Source of the DNA: Rhizaria sp. SCN 62-66
Lineage: Eukaryota
Direction: 5' to 3'
Assembly: GCA_001724265.1 (NCBI GenBank)
Contig: MEDY01000078.1
Span: forward strand, 124,001-182,146
DNA: 58,146 nt
Under the pieces are notes generated by a model that had not been told where the DNA came from, ran no database searches, and worked only from the letters and a program-made list of their open reading frames with translations. The number at the start of each line of letters is the position of its first letter. The first letter of the stretch is position 1. The position numbers and the translations under genes are program-made. Positions 46,642-58,146 of the stretch are shown piece after piece.

Positions 46642-49600
46642 ATGTCGTCCTCGTCGCTGCTGCGGCCCACCACAGCCGCGCTCAGGCACCTCGCGCTCTC
46701 CGCCTCAAGCGCCACCGCAACTGCTACCAGCGCTGTCACTGCCGCTACCGCCACAGTTGTGTCTGCTGTCAATGTGAGCTTGGGTGTCTCTGCATTAAGT
46801 AGTATCACTGCGCACGCCTCTACGTCCGCATTGCTGTCCGCTGCCACTCTCATGCCTGCGGACTCCATGTCATCCACTAACAGCTCCAACATCAGCATCA
46901 GCAACAGCAGTCTAGGCATCAGTACTGCGGCTCCTGCTGTGTCATCTTCCTCTGCCGTGCAGTCCTCGTTGCTGCGTGGCTCCCCCGTGCTGCTGCGCGT
47001 TGTCCGCTACCTCAACTCCGACCCCACTAAGACCCTCGCCGTCACCACCGCGCCCCCCAACACCACCAACAACAAAGCTGCGAACGCGAACGGCAGGCAC
47101 CAGCAGCAGGAGGCGTTTGACAGCGACGCCGCGGTGGCCTCTCGCCTGGCCGCCTTCAACTCCTACTCCGCGCAGCCCACCGCGGCGCCGCTTGCCCGGC
47201 GAGACCGCAAGAAGGCCCGCTCCCGCGACGTGGACCACCCGTTCAACGCGTACAACCTCACCATCGCGATCGTCGGCCGCCCTAACGTCGGCAAGTCGAC
47301 TCTGTTCAACAAGCTGGCCGGCCGCCCGCTGGCGATCGCCGACGGCAGCGCGGGCGTCACGCGCGACTGGCACGACGCGCCCGCTTCTCTCGCGGGGCTT
47401 GAGTTCCGCGCCGTTGACACGGCCGGGCTGGCCGAGGTTGACGCCAGCCTCGAGCGTGGCGACGCGAGCCGGCGCAAGGGCGGCTTCTCCATCCACAACA
47501 CGCCCTTCGGGGTGCCCATTAGGCCCGAGCGCCGCTCAGGCCGGGGCGTCGCGCCCTCTTGGTCCTCCAACAACACCGGCGCCAGCGGCAGCTCGTCCGG
47601 CTCGAATGGCAGCGTGGTTGTGAAGAATAGGGAAGCGAGGGATATGTCGAGCAACTACGTGCTGGGCCGGCCGCTTACCGTGCAGCTGCAGAGGGAGATT
47701 CTGGAACTGACTGAGAAGGCGGTGGCCGAGGCGGACGTCGTGATGTTTGTCGTTGACGCAAGGTTCGTTGCATTGTTCACACAAACACGATTTTTAGAAG
47801 CGATATGTGCATATTGAAAAGGGATACCTTCGTTTCGAATTATTCGTGATTATTCCCATGTTATTGTAATGTATTTCTCAATTGTAATGGAAAATCCCAA
47901 TCTATATCTCACATTTGTTCATGTTCTCTCTCTGACGAACCGTTTGCCTCACTTTATAGGGCTGGCCTGAACCCCTACGACATCCACTTTGCCCAGTGGT
48001 TACGCCGCCGCGTCACCCCCAGCTCCCAATCTGACGCCGACGCCGTAGACGACAAGTCCGAGCTCATCCTTCCCAGCGCCGCCGAGGAGGCTGCGCCGGG
48101 CTTCAACCCGAGCGCGCGCGCCGTCCTGCGGCGCACGCACACGAAGCCCGTGATCTTGGTCGCGAACAAGTATGACCGCGACAGCGATGACATGATGGCG
48201 CAGGTGGCGCCTTTCTACGAGCTGGGCTTTGGTGACCCCGTGACGATATCGGCCACGCACAACAACGGCATGGCGGACCTCTTCACTGCTCTGACCGACG
48301 GCATGGGACGGTACGCAGACATTCCTCACTAAAATGATGTTATTGGTTTCGTCTTTCTTGTTTTCAGTGATTTACCACGAAGTCTACATGTCTATTTTAG
48401 TGTTTTATTGTATATGCAAAGTTTCACTTGTAATTACTCACAGCTAACAGATATCTCCACTCTCTTTTGCATTTCGTTATTTGTTCCCCCTTGACAGTGT
48501 GCTGACCCAGTGGACAAAGTACCAAGAGAGCGTTGACAAGCGCGCCCGCGCCCGCGAGCAGGGCCTTTTGACTCTGGAGCAGGCGCAACGTGACATCAAC
48601 AAGCGCTCGTGGGTCAACATCACCGTTGGCAACATCAGCAACAACAACGCAGCGGCGGCTGACGCAGATGACGACTTGTCTAAGGGGGTACTTACCCACC
48701 ACAACACCGCGCTGCCCCACATCCCCGGCACTGCTGTTGCCGCCGCAGCTGCTGCAACTGCGGCGAGTGACCGCGGCGGGAAGCGCCGCGCCGTGCCGAT
48801 CGAGTTCAGTCTGGAGCCAATGCCGGGTGTGCGTGTGCTCCGCAGGAAAGCGGACGACGACGGATCCCTGCAGGTCGCGGAGCCCCAGTTGCCATCGCAT
48901 CAACAGCTGCAGCAGCAGAAGCCGAGTGCGGTTGCTGCACCGGCAAGCGGGTCGAAGATAAGCCGCCCTGAGCGGGGGGAGAACGTTGACGAAGAAGAGG
49001 ACGGCGACGCGCCCGGCGGCGGCGTCAGCGGGCGGCTCGACGTCGAGGACGAAGACGACGACACTGTCGACCACGCCTGGGAACACGCGCAGGATGCGCT
49101 TGCTGACTTGGCGGCGAAAAGTCAAGCCGCCTCGCCCCTCACGGAGGAAGAGATCGAGGAACCCATGACCGTGCGTGTCGTTATTGCTGGCAAGCCCAAC
49201 GTCGGCAAGTCGACTCTGATCAATGCCGTTCTCGGTCAAAACCGTCTGTTGACTGGGCCCCAGGCCGGTATCACGCGTGACAGTGTGGCGATCAAGTGGG
49301 CCGACGAACGGTTCCCCGACCATAAGTTCGAGCTCGTCGACACGGCGGGCATGAAGGGCGTGACCGAGTTCGCGCACAGCAAGTTCGACCGCGTCGACTC
49401 GATCGCCATGGGCTCCTCGCTCCGCGCGCTGCGCAAGGCACACGTCCTGGTACTCGTGATCGACATCGCGGACGGGCTCTACGGCGGCACCGGCACGTCC
49501 TCGGGCGTCGATCCCGTGTTCGCGGCGCAGATCCGCCGCAACTTCGTCGAGTCGCTCGCCGCGCCGTCCCCCACCGCCTCTAACAGCGGCCGCACCAGCG

Positions 49601-50572
49601 GCATAACTTTGAGCCAGGACCAATCCGGCGCGCCGCTGGGCCGACGCACGCAGGCGTACCTCGACGCGCTGCACAAACATGGTCCGCGCGGCATCGCGCA
49701 GGTCAAGCAGAAGCCCGAGAAGGGCGCGTACCTGGACAAGCTGGCGATGATGGTCAACCGCGTCGCCGGCGCCGTGTCGCGGCACGACATCGACATCGCG
49801 CGCGTCGCCGCCGCAGAGGGCAAGTCGCTCATCGTCGTAGCGAACAAGATCGACCTACTCGCCAACGGCGCCGCCGAGGTGACCGCCGTGACCAAGGGGT
49901 TACAGGCGCTGTTTCTGCAGCAGTTGGCGCAGAACCGCGGTGTGACTGTGGTGCCCATGTCTGCGAAGGAGCAGGTCTCGGTCGATGCGCTGCCCGCCAA
50001 GATCGTTCAGGTCTACAAGTACGTCGTGTTGAAATGAAATCGGTACAACTAAATTTACTCTGATAACGCTCATAATAGTCATATTACTAAAGTATAGCCT
50101 ATCTATTGTCCGCTTTGTTGTTGACTCACATCATGTTCACTTCACGTTAACTCACGCTTCCTATATTTGCTTTGCTGTTTGTTTTCGCTTTGTTTTGCTT
50201 TGTCATGTCTGTAGTCGCTGGAACACGCGCGTCTCGACGGGCCTGCTGAACCGTTGGCTGCGCGCCATCCTGGTCCTGAAGCCTCCCCCTGCGATTGGTG
50301 GGCGCCGCTACAACCTTAAGTACATCACGCAAACCAACATCCGGCCCCCGACCTTCTCCGTCTTCAGCGGCCGCAAGAAGGAGTTCCCCGAAGACTACCG
50401 TCGCTTCCTCGTCACCGCGCTCAAGGAGGAGTTCGGGCTGCACGGCATCCCCGTGCGCCTGCACATCCGCGGCAGCAAGAACCCCTACGCGGCCGCGGGC
50501 AAGGGCAGTCGCAGCGAGGAGCGCAAGGCGCGGCAGAGTAAGGTGCACGAGAAGAAGGCGGTGACGATGTGA
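46642..50572 (+). CDS. engA: Der/EngA double-GTPase ribosome biogenesis factor, probably mitochondrial; exons 46642-47762, 47960-48310, 48498-50018, 50215-50572
   Basis: GD1: [28 protein letters not shown]2: [28 protein letters not shown]-like end [29 protein letters not shown]. Long S/A/T-rich N-terminal extension; ends TGA. Confidence 0.92.
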
Positions 50573-51309
50573 TGTCGCGAAATGGATTGATACGCGGAGA
50601 TATTTAAGATATTTAAGTGAATTGGGATATTTATTCGACCGAGTTCAATACAATTTGTTTCTATGTTTGTTCTGTCGTTCTATACCTGAATCCGTTCACT
50701 GAATTTGTTCAGGAGATAAAACTAATCACCGGATTCTTGGACGCATTTTTGCAACTCTTAGTTTCTTCGCGTTCGAGTCTGCGACCGACTGAGGGCGGGT
50801 GTGGGGCGCGTGCGAGTTCTGAACAGACGACTTTCGTCAGGATATCTAACATCTGTATCCTTCTTGTTTAACTATATGTATTTAGATTGGCGCTAATATT
50901 ACCACATTTAATAGTTTGCTCTGTGACGTTGGTCTTCCCTGCATTTTTCTGTGCTGTCGCGATGAGACGACTTCAACGTGTGTCTCCATCTATCTATCTC
51001 CTAACAGCCATCAAACAACCACGATTCAACACGTTACCTTGCTCCCATGGTGTCAATGGCGCTGATCTATGATATAAATATACGCTCACTCTCGCGCACA
51101 CGCTCTGTCCTCCCTATATCCTTCCCCCGACACCTGCCACCACAAGCAGCTCTCACCTCTTCGCCAAACAAAGCACATTTGCTCGCCCTCCAAAGCCTTC
51201 GCTGCTCTCCCACTCTCACGCACCCGCACCCCTCAACCCCTGGCCCAGCCACCCTTCCCCGCTTGCCCCGCCGCGCCGCCCGTTCGCCCCTTTGCACACG
51301 TCGACCAGC

Positions 51310-53624
51310 ATGAGCGCCGCCGCCTCCGCGGGCCAGTCCCCTTCCCCGCCCTCCCGCAGCCGTCCGGCACCGCCCGTGCCGCCGCGTCCCAACGCGCTGC
51401 CCATCGCCGTCCCCACGGGCAGCCTCGCCCCGACCCTCGCGGTGCACCTGCCGCCGCCGCCGCCGCCGCCCGCGCCGTCAGTTCCCGTCCCCGTCGCCGC
51501 CTTCGGCTCCGGCCCCTCGGCCTCCGCTGCCGGCGCAGGCGGCGCTGCCGGCGGCGGCCACCACCCGCCGCAGCTGCCCATGGGCCTCTGGCGCGCCCCC
51601 GCCGTGGCCACCCCGCTGTCCCTGCGCGCGACGCAAACGGGCGCAAACAGCGCCGGCACCGGCAACAAGGCCGCTTTGGCACGCGCGCTCGCTGACGGCA
51701 ACGGCAACGGCAGCGGCAACGGGCCTGAACACAGCGGCAGCGGCAGCGGGTCCACTCAAGGCCCCTCCAGCGGCATGAGCGACCCCAAGAGCACCACAAA
51801 CACGGCCGGCGGCGCGGGCGCGAAGCAGGCGGCGGCCGCCGAGGACGACGAGGAGCAAGTCAAGCTCATCAACAAGGAGCGCAACCTCTCCTGGGACGAC
51901 CTCAAGCGGATGGCGCAGAACGCGCAGCGCGTGCGGGCCGAGATTCTCTCCACGGAGGACTCGTACCTCACCAACCTGCGGCGGCTGCATAAGGCATACA
52001 TCGTGCCCCTGATGCAGACCGACCCCGAGGAGCTGGGCATCGAGGACTTTCACCGCCGCACTCTCGTCTCGAATCTTGAGCAGCTCGTGACTGTACACAG
52101 CCAGTTCAATCAAGTACGTCTGCAAGCAACAATATATCTCGCCCTGAAACAAAGCCCTCCCTGCAATAGTGCGCTCGATCGTAACTCCCTCATCTGCGTC
52201 CATCCTGACGAACTGTCCCCCTTTTTTTTCTCATTGCTTTGCTTTGCTTGTTTTGCTTTGCGAACTAGGACTTGATCTCTGGCGGCGCCGACAACATCGA
52301 GCACGCCATGATCAACTACTCGCGCTACTTCAAGATGTACTCCGTCTACCTCAACGACTACCTTAAGTGTCTCACGACGCTTGAGTCCCTCCGCCGGTCC
52401 AAGCTCTTCCAGGGCTTCGTCGCGCGCGTCAACGAGCGGCTCAAGGAGGAATCGTCGCTCTCGCTCATGGACTACCTCATCATGCCGGTGCAGCGGCTCC
52501 CGCGTTACGTGTTGCTGCTGCGCGAGCTCCGCCGCAACACCGTACCCTCGTCGGCCGGGTTTGACCTCGTCAACGTCGCGCTTGCTAAGGTCCGCGAGAC
52601 TGCCACGGCGGTGAACGAGAAGTCTCGCGAGGCTGAGAAGATGCAGGAGCTGGCACAGGTCTTCAACGCGCTCACGGGCGACTTCAAGGACCTCACGCTG
52701 GTTGAGGCGCACCGCAGGCTCGTGCGCAAGGGCGAGGTGATGATGGAGGAGGAACGCCAAGGTGGGCTGTTTGGCACCAGCGTCTACCTCAAGACAGCGC
52801 CGCGCACGGTGTACCTGTTCAACGACCTGTTGATGTGGACCAACAAGTCGTGTGTGTACAAGGCGCACATGTTCACCTCCTCGATCGAGATTTCTCCCGC
52901 TATCCCCAGCACCTCGACCTACGCCCAGTCCACCGGGTTCGGATGTCTGCTATCCAACGCTAAGAGCAAGATCACACTCCATTTCGCGTCCGAGGACGAG
53001 TACAATGCGTGGCTGCCCGACATCACCGCGCACGTCCGCGAGCAAAAGATGGTGCGCGCGCAGAAGCGCGAGATCCTGAACCAGCGCGCGACGCAGAAGA
53101 AGCCCAAGACTGCGCACAACATCATCTACGAGGGGCTCAACGACCTCAACCGCAAGACTCTACACCGGCAGTCTCTCGCGTCCGCAGGCTCCGCGGCGCC
53201 CTACGGCAGCGGCGGCGACGGCGACGACGACGGCAACGGCTCGCCTGTGGCCTCCCCGGACGCCGAGGACGGCTCGCCGATGCCCGATTCATCCCCCTCG
53301 ACCAACGCGGCCGGCGGGGACAGTCCCGTCGTCTCGTCCTCGCAGTCCCCCAACGTGCCCCCGCCCCCGCCCCCCGCCGCGCTCGCCGGCGCCGGAGCTA
53401 ATCCCGGTGCCGGGGCGATGCCGCGCGGCATTACGGCCAACCGGGTCCCCTCCCGCGGCACCGGAGCCCGCGTCGGCGCGGCTGGCTCCACTGCCGCCGG
53501 TGGCGCCGGCGCTGGGAAGATGGATCTGGCGGCGTCGTTGGCGAACCTCAAGCTGGCGCAGCAGCGGAATAAGGCTGCGGCGGCAGCAGGCGCGACGACC
53601 ACCACCAATGCCGCGCAGACTTGA
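51310..53624 (+). CDS. RhoGEF (DH-PH) with Pro-rich termini; exons 51310-52113, 52269-53624
   Basis: EILSTEDSYLTNL, FKMYSVYLNDY and LIMPVQRLPRYVLLLREL are DH hallmarks; the PH domain follows (RRLVRKG, VYLFNDLL, EYNAW). Intron GTACGT...CTAG; ends TGA. Confidence 0.92.
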
Positions 53625-54419
53625 AGTTTATGTGCGTTCGACGTACACGAAGGAGTTTGAACGCCATTGGTGCATTACGACTTAAGGTTCGACATGTTTC
53701 TTCAGTTGACAGGATTCTCGCGTCTCGTTCAGGTCCAGATGATGTTTTGCTGTTGAGAGAACTTTTTTTGTTTTTGTTTTGTGTTTCTGTTGACTTCTTT
53801 TCTACTCCGTTGGTGTCTTTGTCGAGTGATCTCTTGCAACCTTACAAAGAACACCAACATCTTATGTGTTTTCCCTTGTTTTGGTTTCATTGACGTATGT
53901 ATTATATTATTCCAGCATATGATTCATATGTTTTTTCTATCATACGATTTTCGTATCTCTAGTTGCGTGCTGATCTGCGCTGTGGTGTACGTATGTGTTT
54001 GGACACATGTTTGCTGACTCGCACGCTCACGTCCACATGCCTATCTCGTCAGGCCACGCCAGTCGTGCGTGCTAGTGCAGCACTGCAACCACACGATAAC
54101 AAAATACACTCTTCATTTCAATTTCACAACGCCCCAGCATCAAATTGTATATATCACAGTTAAACTCAACAAACACATGACAATGCAGTGTGTTTTAAAC
54201 AAACACGTGTTATTGTATTGCATTATTACTAAGGTATATATCCGTACAGATCAACGTTGACACCAACATCACTAGCAGTATGTAAACTGTCACCTGGCCC
54301 TTCTGCCATGCGTCACAAATGTGTTCTCCATGTGTGTACCGCCCTGCGCTCCACCCCACCCCATCATGAGTTCCCACCACGTGTGTTCCCACCCCGTGTG
54401 TTCCCACCACGTGTTCCGT

Positions 54420-56024
54420 TCAGTTGTTGGTGAACCGCACACCGGCCATGCCCTTGACGCCGCTGGCGCCCTGGTTGACGACGTCGGCCTTTAGCACGCG
54501 CTTGACATGGCGGCGCTTGCTGGGGTCCGAGGCTTGGAACTGCACCATGCCGTGGAAGTCGATGATGTAGTCGCGGCCGCCCAATGCGATGCGATGGCGG
54601 TTCTCCACCAGCCGGGCCAGACGGGTCGACAGGGGGATGATGCTGCTGATCGGGGCATTGCCATCGTCGTCGTCGTCGCTGTCACTGTTATCCTCGTCGT
54701 CACTGCGATCCCCCGTGTCGTCGTCATCGTCTTCGTCGCTGTTGTAAGAGTATGAGTAGGTCTCCGTGTCATCGCCACTGTCGTCGGCGTTGTTGTTAGC
54801 GCCAGAGGCCGAGGCCGAAGAGCTGAGGTTGTTGTTGCTGTCGTTGTTGTTGGTGCTGCTGTTAGCAAAAGTCTGGATGTGGCTGTGGCTCGAGGAGGAA
54901 GACGTGTCAAGAGGACGCTTGAACGGAGAGCGTTGAACAACAGGAACCCCGTTGACCGCATTGCTAAGCCCGGAGCTGGGGGCACCGGACGCAGCAGCCG
55001 CAGCAAACGCGTTAGCGTGACCAGCCGCGTTGCCAATGCCACCGGCGGGCAGCGGCAGCTGAGCGCCGTCATCATCACCCATAGCAGCTCCCGCCCTCGC
55101 ACCTGAACTCGCACTGGGAGTCGCGCTGGCACTGGCAGTGGCACCGGCAGCGACAGCGGCACTACTGGGGGTAACTGTGCTCATAGTGGTCGAGACGGCG
55201 GTGCCACCGGGAGGCACAATCACACCGTCACCCGCAGCATTGGCGCCATTGTTGTTGCTGCTGTTGTTAGAGAGAGAGAGCTCAGCAAGCTTAGCAAGCT
55301 GCTCCCGGGCGATCCGCTCAGCCTCAACCTCGATGTTGTATTCCAACGTCGTCTGCTGCCGCTGCGCCGTTAGCTTGGCCCACGCCTCCTCGAGCTCCGC
55401 GCTGGCAGCGGCCTCGTAGAGCCAGTAGCGTGTGTTACTATTGGCGGCGACACCGGCGGGGGAGTACTGCCACACGTACTCGTCAGAACCCGTGGCGGCT
55501 TGACTAAAGTCCTGTAGGAACTCGCGGGCCGACACGCGCGCGTTGGTGATCTGTGTCGTGTCAATGTCGCCGCGGCACATCGGGCACAGCGTCGCGCCGT
55601 GAGACGAGAGCATGACGTTCTTGAGGCAGAGGAAGCAGAAGGTGTGCTTGCACGAAGTGATGAACGGCAGCGTCATCACGCAGCTGCAGACGGGGCAGTC
55701 CTCGCCGTGACCAGACGCCGTCGACAGCGACGACCCCGCTGACGCGGTGCGGCCCACGCCGCCGCCCCCAGCAGCGCCAGCCCCGGCGGCGGCGGCAGTG
55801 GAGGAAGAGGAGAGGCGGGCACGCTTGGCGCTGCGGCGCTTGAGCTGGATGCCCACGGACGGGTTGCGGGCAAGCTGAGCCGCAGCGCCGTCGCCGTTGC
55901 CGTCAGCAGCAGGCGCGGAGACGACGGGCGCGGGCTGAGCGAGAGTGACGGCGGCGGCGGCGGCGGGGGCCGCGAGGGCCGAGGCGCGCGAGGTATCGGA
56001 CGAGGCCGGGGTTTGAGAATCCAT
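54420..56024 (-). CDS. RING-HC plus WWE E3 ubiquitin ligase, RNF146/Iduna-like, with a large insert splitting the WWE domain
   Basis: CPVC..SCKHTFCFLC..CPMCR (C3HC4); WWE halves VWQY..YWLYEAAASAELEEAW and LGGRDYIIDFHGMVQF..RRHVKR. Ends TGA. Confidence 0.82.
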   Translation of the reverse strand: MDSQTPASSDTSRASALAAPAAAAAVTLAQPAPVVSAPAADGNGDGAAAQLARNPSVGIQLKRRSAKRARLSSSSTAAAAGAGAAGGGGVGRTASAGSSLSTASGHGEDCPVCSCVMTLPFITSCKHTFCFLCLKNVMLSSHGATLCPMCRGDIDTTQITNARVSAREFLQDFSQAATGSDEYVWQYSPAGVAANSNTRYWLYEAAASAELEEAWAKLTAQRQQTTLEYNIEVEAERIAREQLAKLAELSLSNNSSNNNGANAAGDGVIVPPGGTAVSTTMSTVTPSSAAVAAGATASASATPSASSGARAGAAMGDDDGAQLPLPAGGIGNAAGHANAFAAAAASGAPSSGLSNAVNGVPVVQRSPFKRPLDTSSSSSHSHIQTFANSSTNNNDSNNNLSSSASASGANNNADDSGDDTETYSYSYNSDEDDDDDTGDRSDDEDNSDSDDDDDGNAPISSIIPLSTRLARLVENRHRIALGGRDYIIDFHGMVQFQASDPSKRRHVKRVLKADVVNQGASGVKGMAGVRFTNN

Positions 56025-56670
56025 ATTGCGCAATTATATAAGCCGCAAAAGAGGTAAATACCGCGATACTCTAATTTAAAAGTAGTAGGCTAAACATTTG
56101 TTAAGGAAACATGATGATATCGAGATGAGATAAGGCTGGCTGGTCTATAACGGGAAAGTCGGAGCGCATCGTTCCTCAACGGGTCGCAGTCGCACCAGAA
56201 AGATGAGATACAGGCTCGCAAGACGACCTCATATAGAAATGTAATATAATTACTAAGTGTGTTAAACATCTCTCTGTCGGAATATCGTGCTAATATAACG
56301 AATTGTGGAATGTGTGTCGGACGAATCAAAGAGGGGAAATTCTGAAGACGTTTGTGGTCGGGCAAAGGCCTGTGAGAGGCCTGTTCGTGAAAAAGGAAAA
56401 TGGACGAAATTGGCTCAGCATTGTTTTCGATTGGGCTTCGCCCGACCGATTCGACCGGCCGGATTCAAAGCGGGCCAGCGCGTCAGGATCACCGTCATGC
56501 TAAATGCTGGGACTATAACCGCATGGTGCACTTCTTGTATAAACCACTCTTCATTTGAGCCGCCCTCACACACTTCTGTTGTCCCCGATTTGTTCCTTTC
56601 CTTGCGCCCGAATGATGTGCCCCCCTCTGTGTGTCGTCTACCCCTTTCCCGCGTCCCGCAGCGGTCTACC

Positions 56671-57256
56671 ATGAGCGCGGAGCAGCTTGAGAAGATGCAA
56701 CAGGACCAGTACGGCCTCGAGCAGGAGGTCATGGAGCTCGAGAAGGCCGAGCCCACCAAGAACGTACGCAAACATTCCTTTTCCCCACTTGTTTCTTGTC
56801 CTCGCCAGCCCCTTTGTTTGCCCTGCACCCACCAACTCCAATCTCACATCCGTTCTCCCTGTTTCGACCCCGTTTGCGCATGATTATAGGCTGCTGACAA
56901 GATTCTCTCCTACTTCGACAACAAGGTCGACCCTATCTCCAACCCCGTACGTCTCCAGCATCGCATATCACGCCACTCATGCCTACCCACCCCAAAGCAC
57001 ACTCACTGTGGTCTCTAACACGTCCGGCTCAGTTTTCTCTTGCTCAATCATCACATCGTCGTGCAAAGAATGTCTACATGTGCTCACTCTGCTACCGTCA
57101 TTCCCTCTTTGCCTCTTTTTTGCGTCTTTCGCTTTTGCCTCTCTTGCTTTGCGTCCCTCGCTACACACTCTATAACCTGCTGTGACTCTCTCCATGCGCC
57201 CCGTGTAGTTCGACAACGAGTGGATTGACAATGCCCCAAACCCAGGCGGCTGTTAA
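56671..57256 (+). CDS. Heterotrimeric G-protein gamma-subunit-like protein (65 aa); exons 56671-56763, 56890-56946, 57209-57256
   Basis: Spliced product MSAEQLEKMQQDQYGLEQEVMELEKAEPTKNAADKILSYFDNKVDPISNPFDNEWIDNAPNPGGC-TAA shows a coiled coil, A...I..Y, DP(I/L), N.W and a terminal Cys. Both introns are GTACG...TAG, phase 0. Confidence 0.7.
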
Positions 57257-58052
57257 TCGCCGTCCCTGCAGAGGCTGCAAATATAGCCTCGTTATGGTCA
57301 CTGACAAACTCTCGCCACAGTCCTAATTCACTAAGTCACTGCTTCACTGCGAACCTCACCAGTCAATACTCAACGTGACGTTCTAAACCACTGCGGCGAC
57401 GCACAAGTTGGGCGTCAATGAAACTCGGCACGCGGACGCATTCGTCTCTGTCGCTTGCTTCGTTGTGTGTGTGTGGTTTTCTTGCTGTTGTTGCTCTGTG
57501 TTGCTCTGTGCTCTGCTGATTGTCATTGCCACTCTTCAGTTCTTTCTTTTCTCTTGCGTCACCTAGCCTTTTTCTCTCAAATCTGTGTTTTCATTCATTC
57601 GTTTTATTGTTTCTTTTATCGTTTTTGTACAAGTAATATTAAACAACGCGCCACGCCCTGTCGCGCGCTCAGAGTTCTTGAATAAACAACTCTCTTAATA
57701 CAAGATCATGTCAGATCACGTAAAGCACGATGCATTACATCAAGCTTCGAAATATATGTATACATTTTTGCATGAGTCAAATAAAGATCAAACATGGGGT
57801 TGTTGTGTATTCATGACAACCGACGGGGCAAAACACACACTACAGGCAATAATGCGGTAACTCATTGTAGAGCCACAAGCGCACACACATGGGAGGCGTT
57901 TTGTGATCGCACATGACGAGAAAAGGGTGTTTGGTTTGTTTGTTAATTAATTCGAGTTGAATCGGTGAGTCGTTTTAAGTCATCAAACCCCCTACACTCC
58001 ACCCATTCACTGGGTAATCAACATGAGTGAGGCGCTTATTCAGGGGGTCAAG

Positions 58053-58144
58053 TCGTTCGTTCGTTCGTTCGTTCGTTCGTTCGTTCGTTCGTTCGTTCGT
58101 TCGTTCGTTCGTTCGTTCGTTCGTTCGTTCGTTCGTTCGTTCGT
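58053..58144. repeat. (TCGT)n tetranucleotide microsatellite reaching the window end
   Basis: About 23 perfect TCGT units. Confidence 0.97.
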
Positions 58145-58146
58145 TT

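Noticed and set aside
46642-50572. EngA as bacterial contamination or recent horizontal transfer
   Set aside because: It has three spliceosomal introns, host-like codon usage and an N-terminal targeting-like extension; organellar EngA is known in eukaryotes.
54352-54417. Short tandem repeats (15-bp units here, 16-bp duplication at 9565-9596, ccctgcgcagt repeats at ~3483-3523)
   Set aside because: Ordinary slippage repeats with no further structure.
58053-58146. (TCGT)n as a telomere
   Set aside because: It lacks the G-run of typical telomeric repeats; a microsatellite at the window or contig end is the simpler explanation.

Overview
Gene-dense 58 kb window from an intron-containing, GC-rich eukaryote. 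It is most likely a flagellated protist, since it encodes WDR19/IFT144, CFAP69 and AK8; I cannot name the lineage from sequence alone. About 16 protein genes can be modelled, plus one decayed Tc1/IS630-type transposase; 15 of the 18 introns I modelled start with GTACG. Two signals stand out. (1) Three neighbouring minus-strand genes (a GT7 glycosyltransferase, a TKL kinase and an FHA protein) are broken only by in-frame TAG codons, six in total, one of them inside a conserved FHA domain. None of the 15 genes with a clear end terminates in TAG (8 TAA, 7 TGA). This suggests UAG may be a sense codon while UAA stays a stop; local CAG>TAG decay is the alternative. (2) Two tandem class C (GABA-B-like) 7TM receptors carry, in place of a Venus flytrap, a 5'-nucleotidase (CD73/UshA) fold that has lost its metal ligands but kept the nucleotide-binding residues, making them candidate nucleotide-sensing GPCRs. 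All family calls are by motif recognition from memory; no database searches were run.
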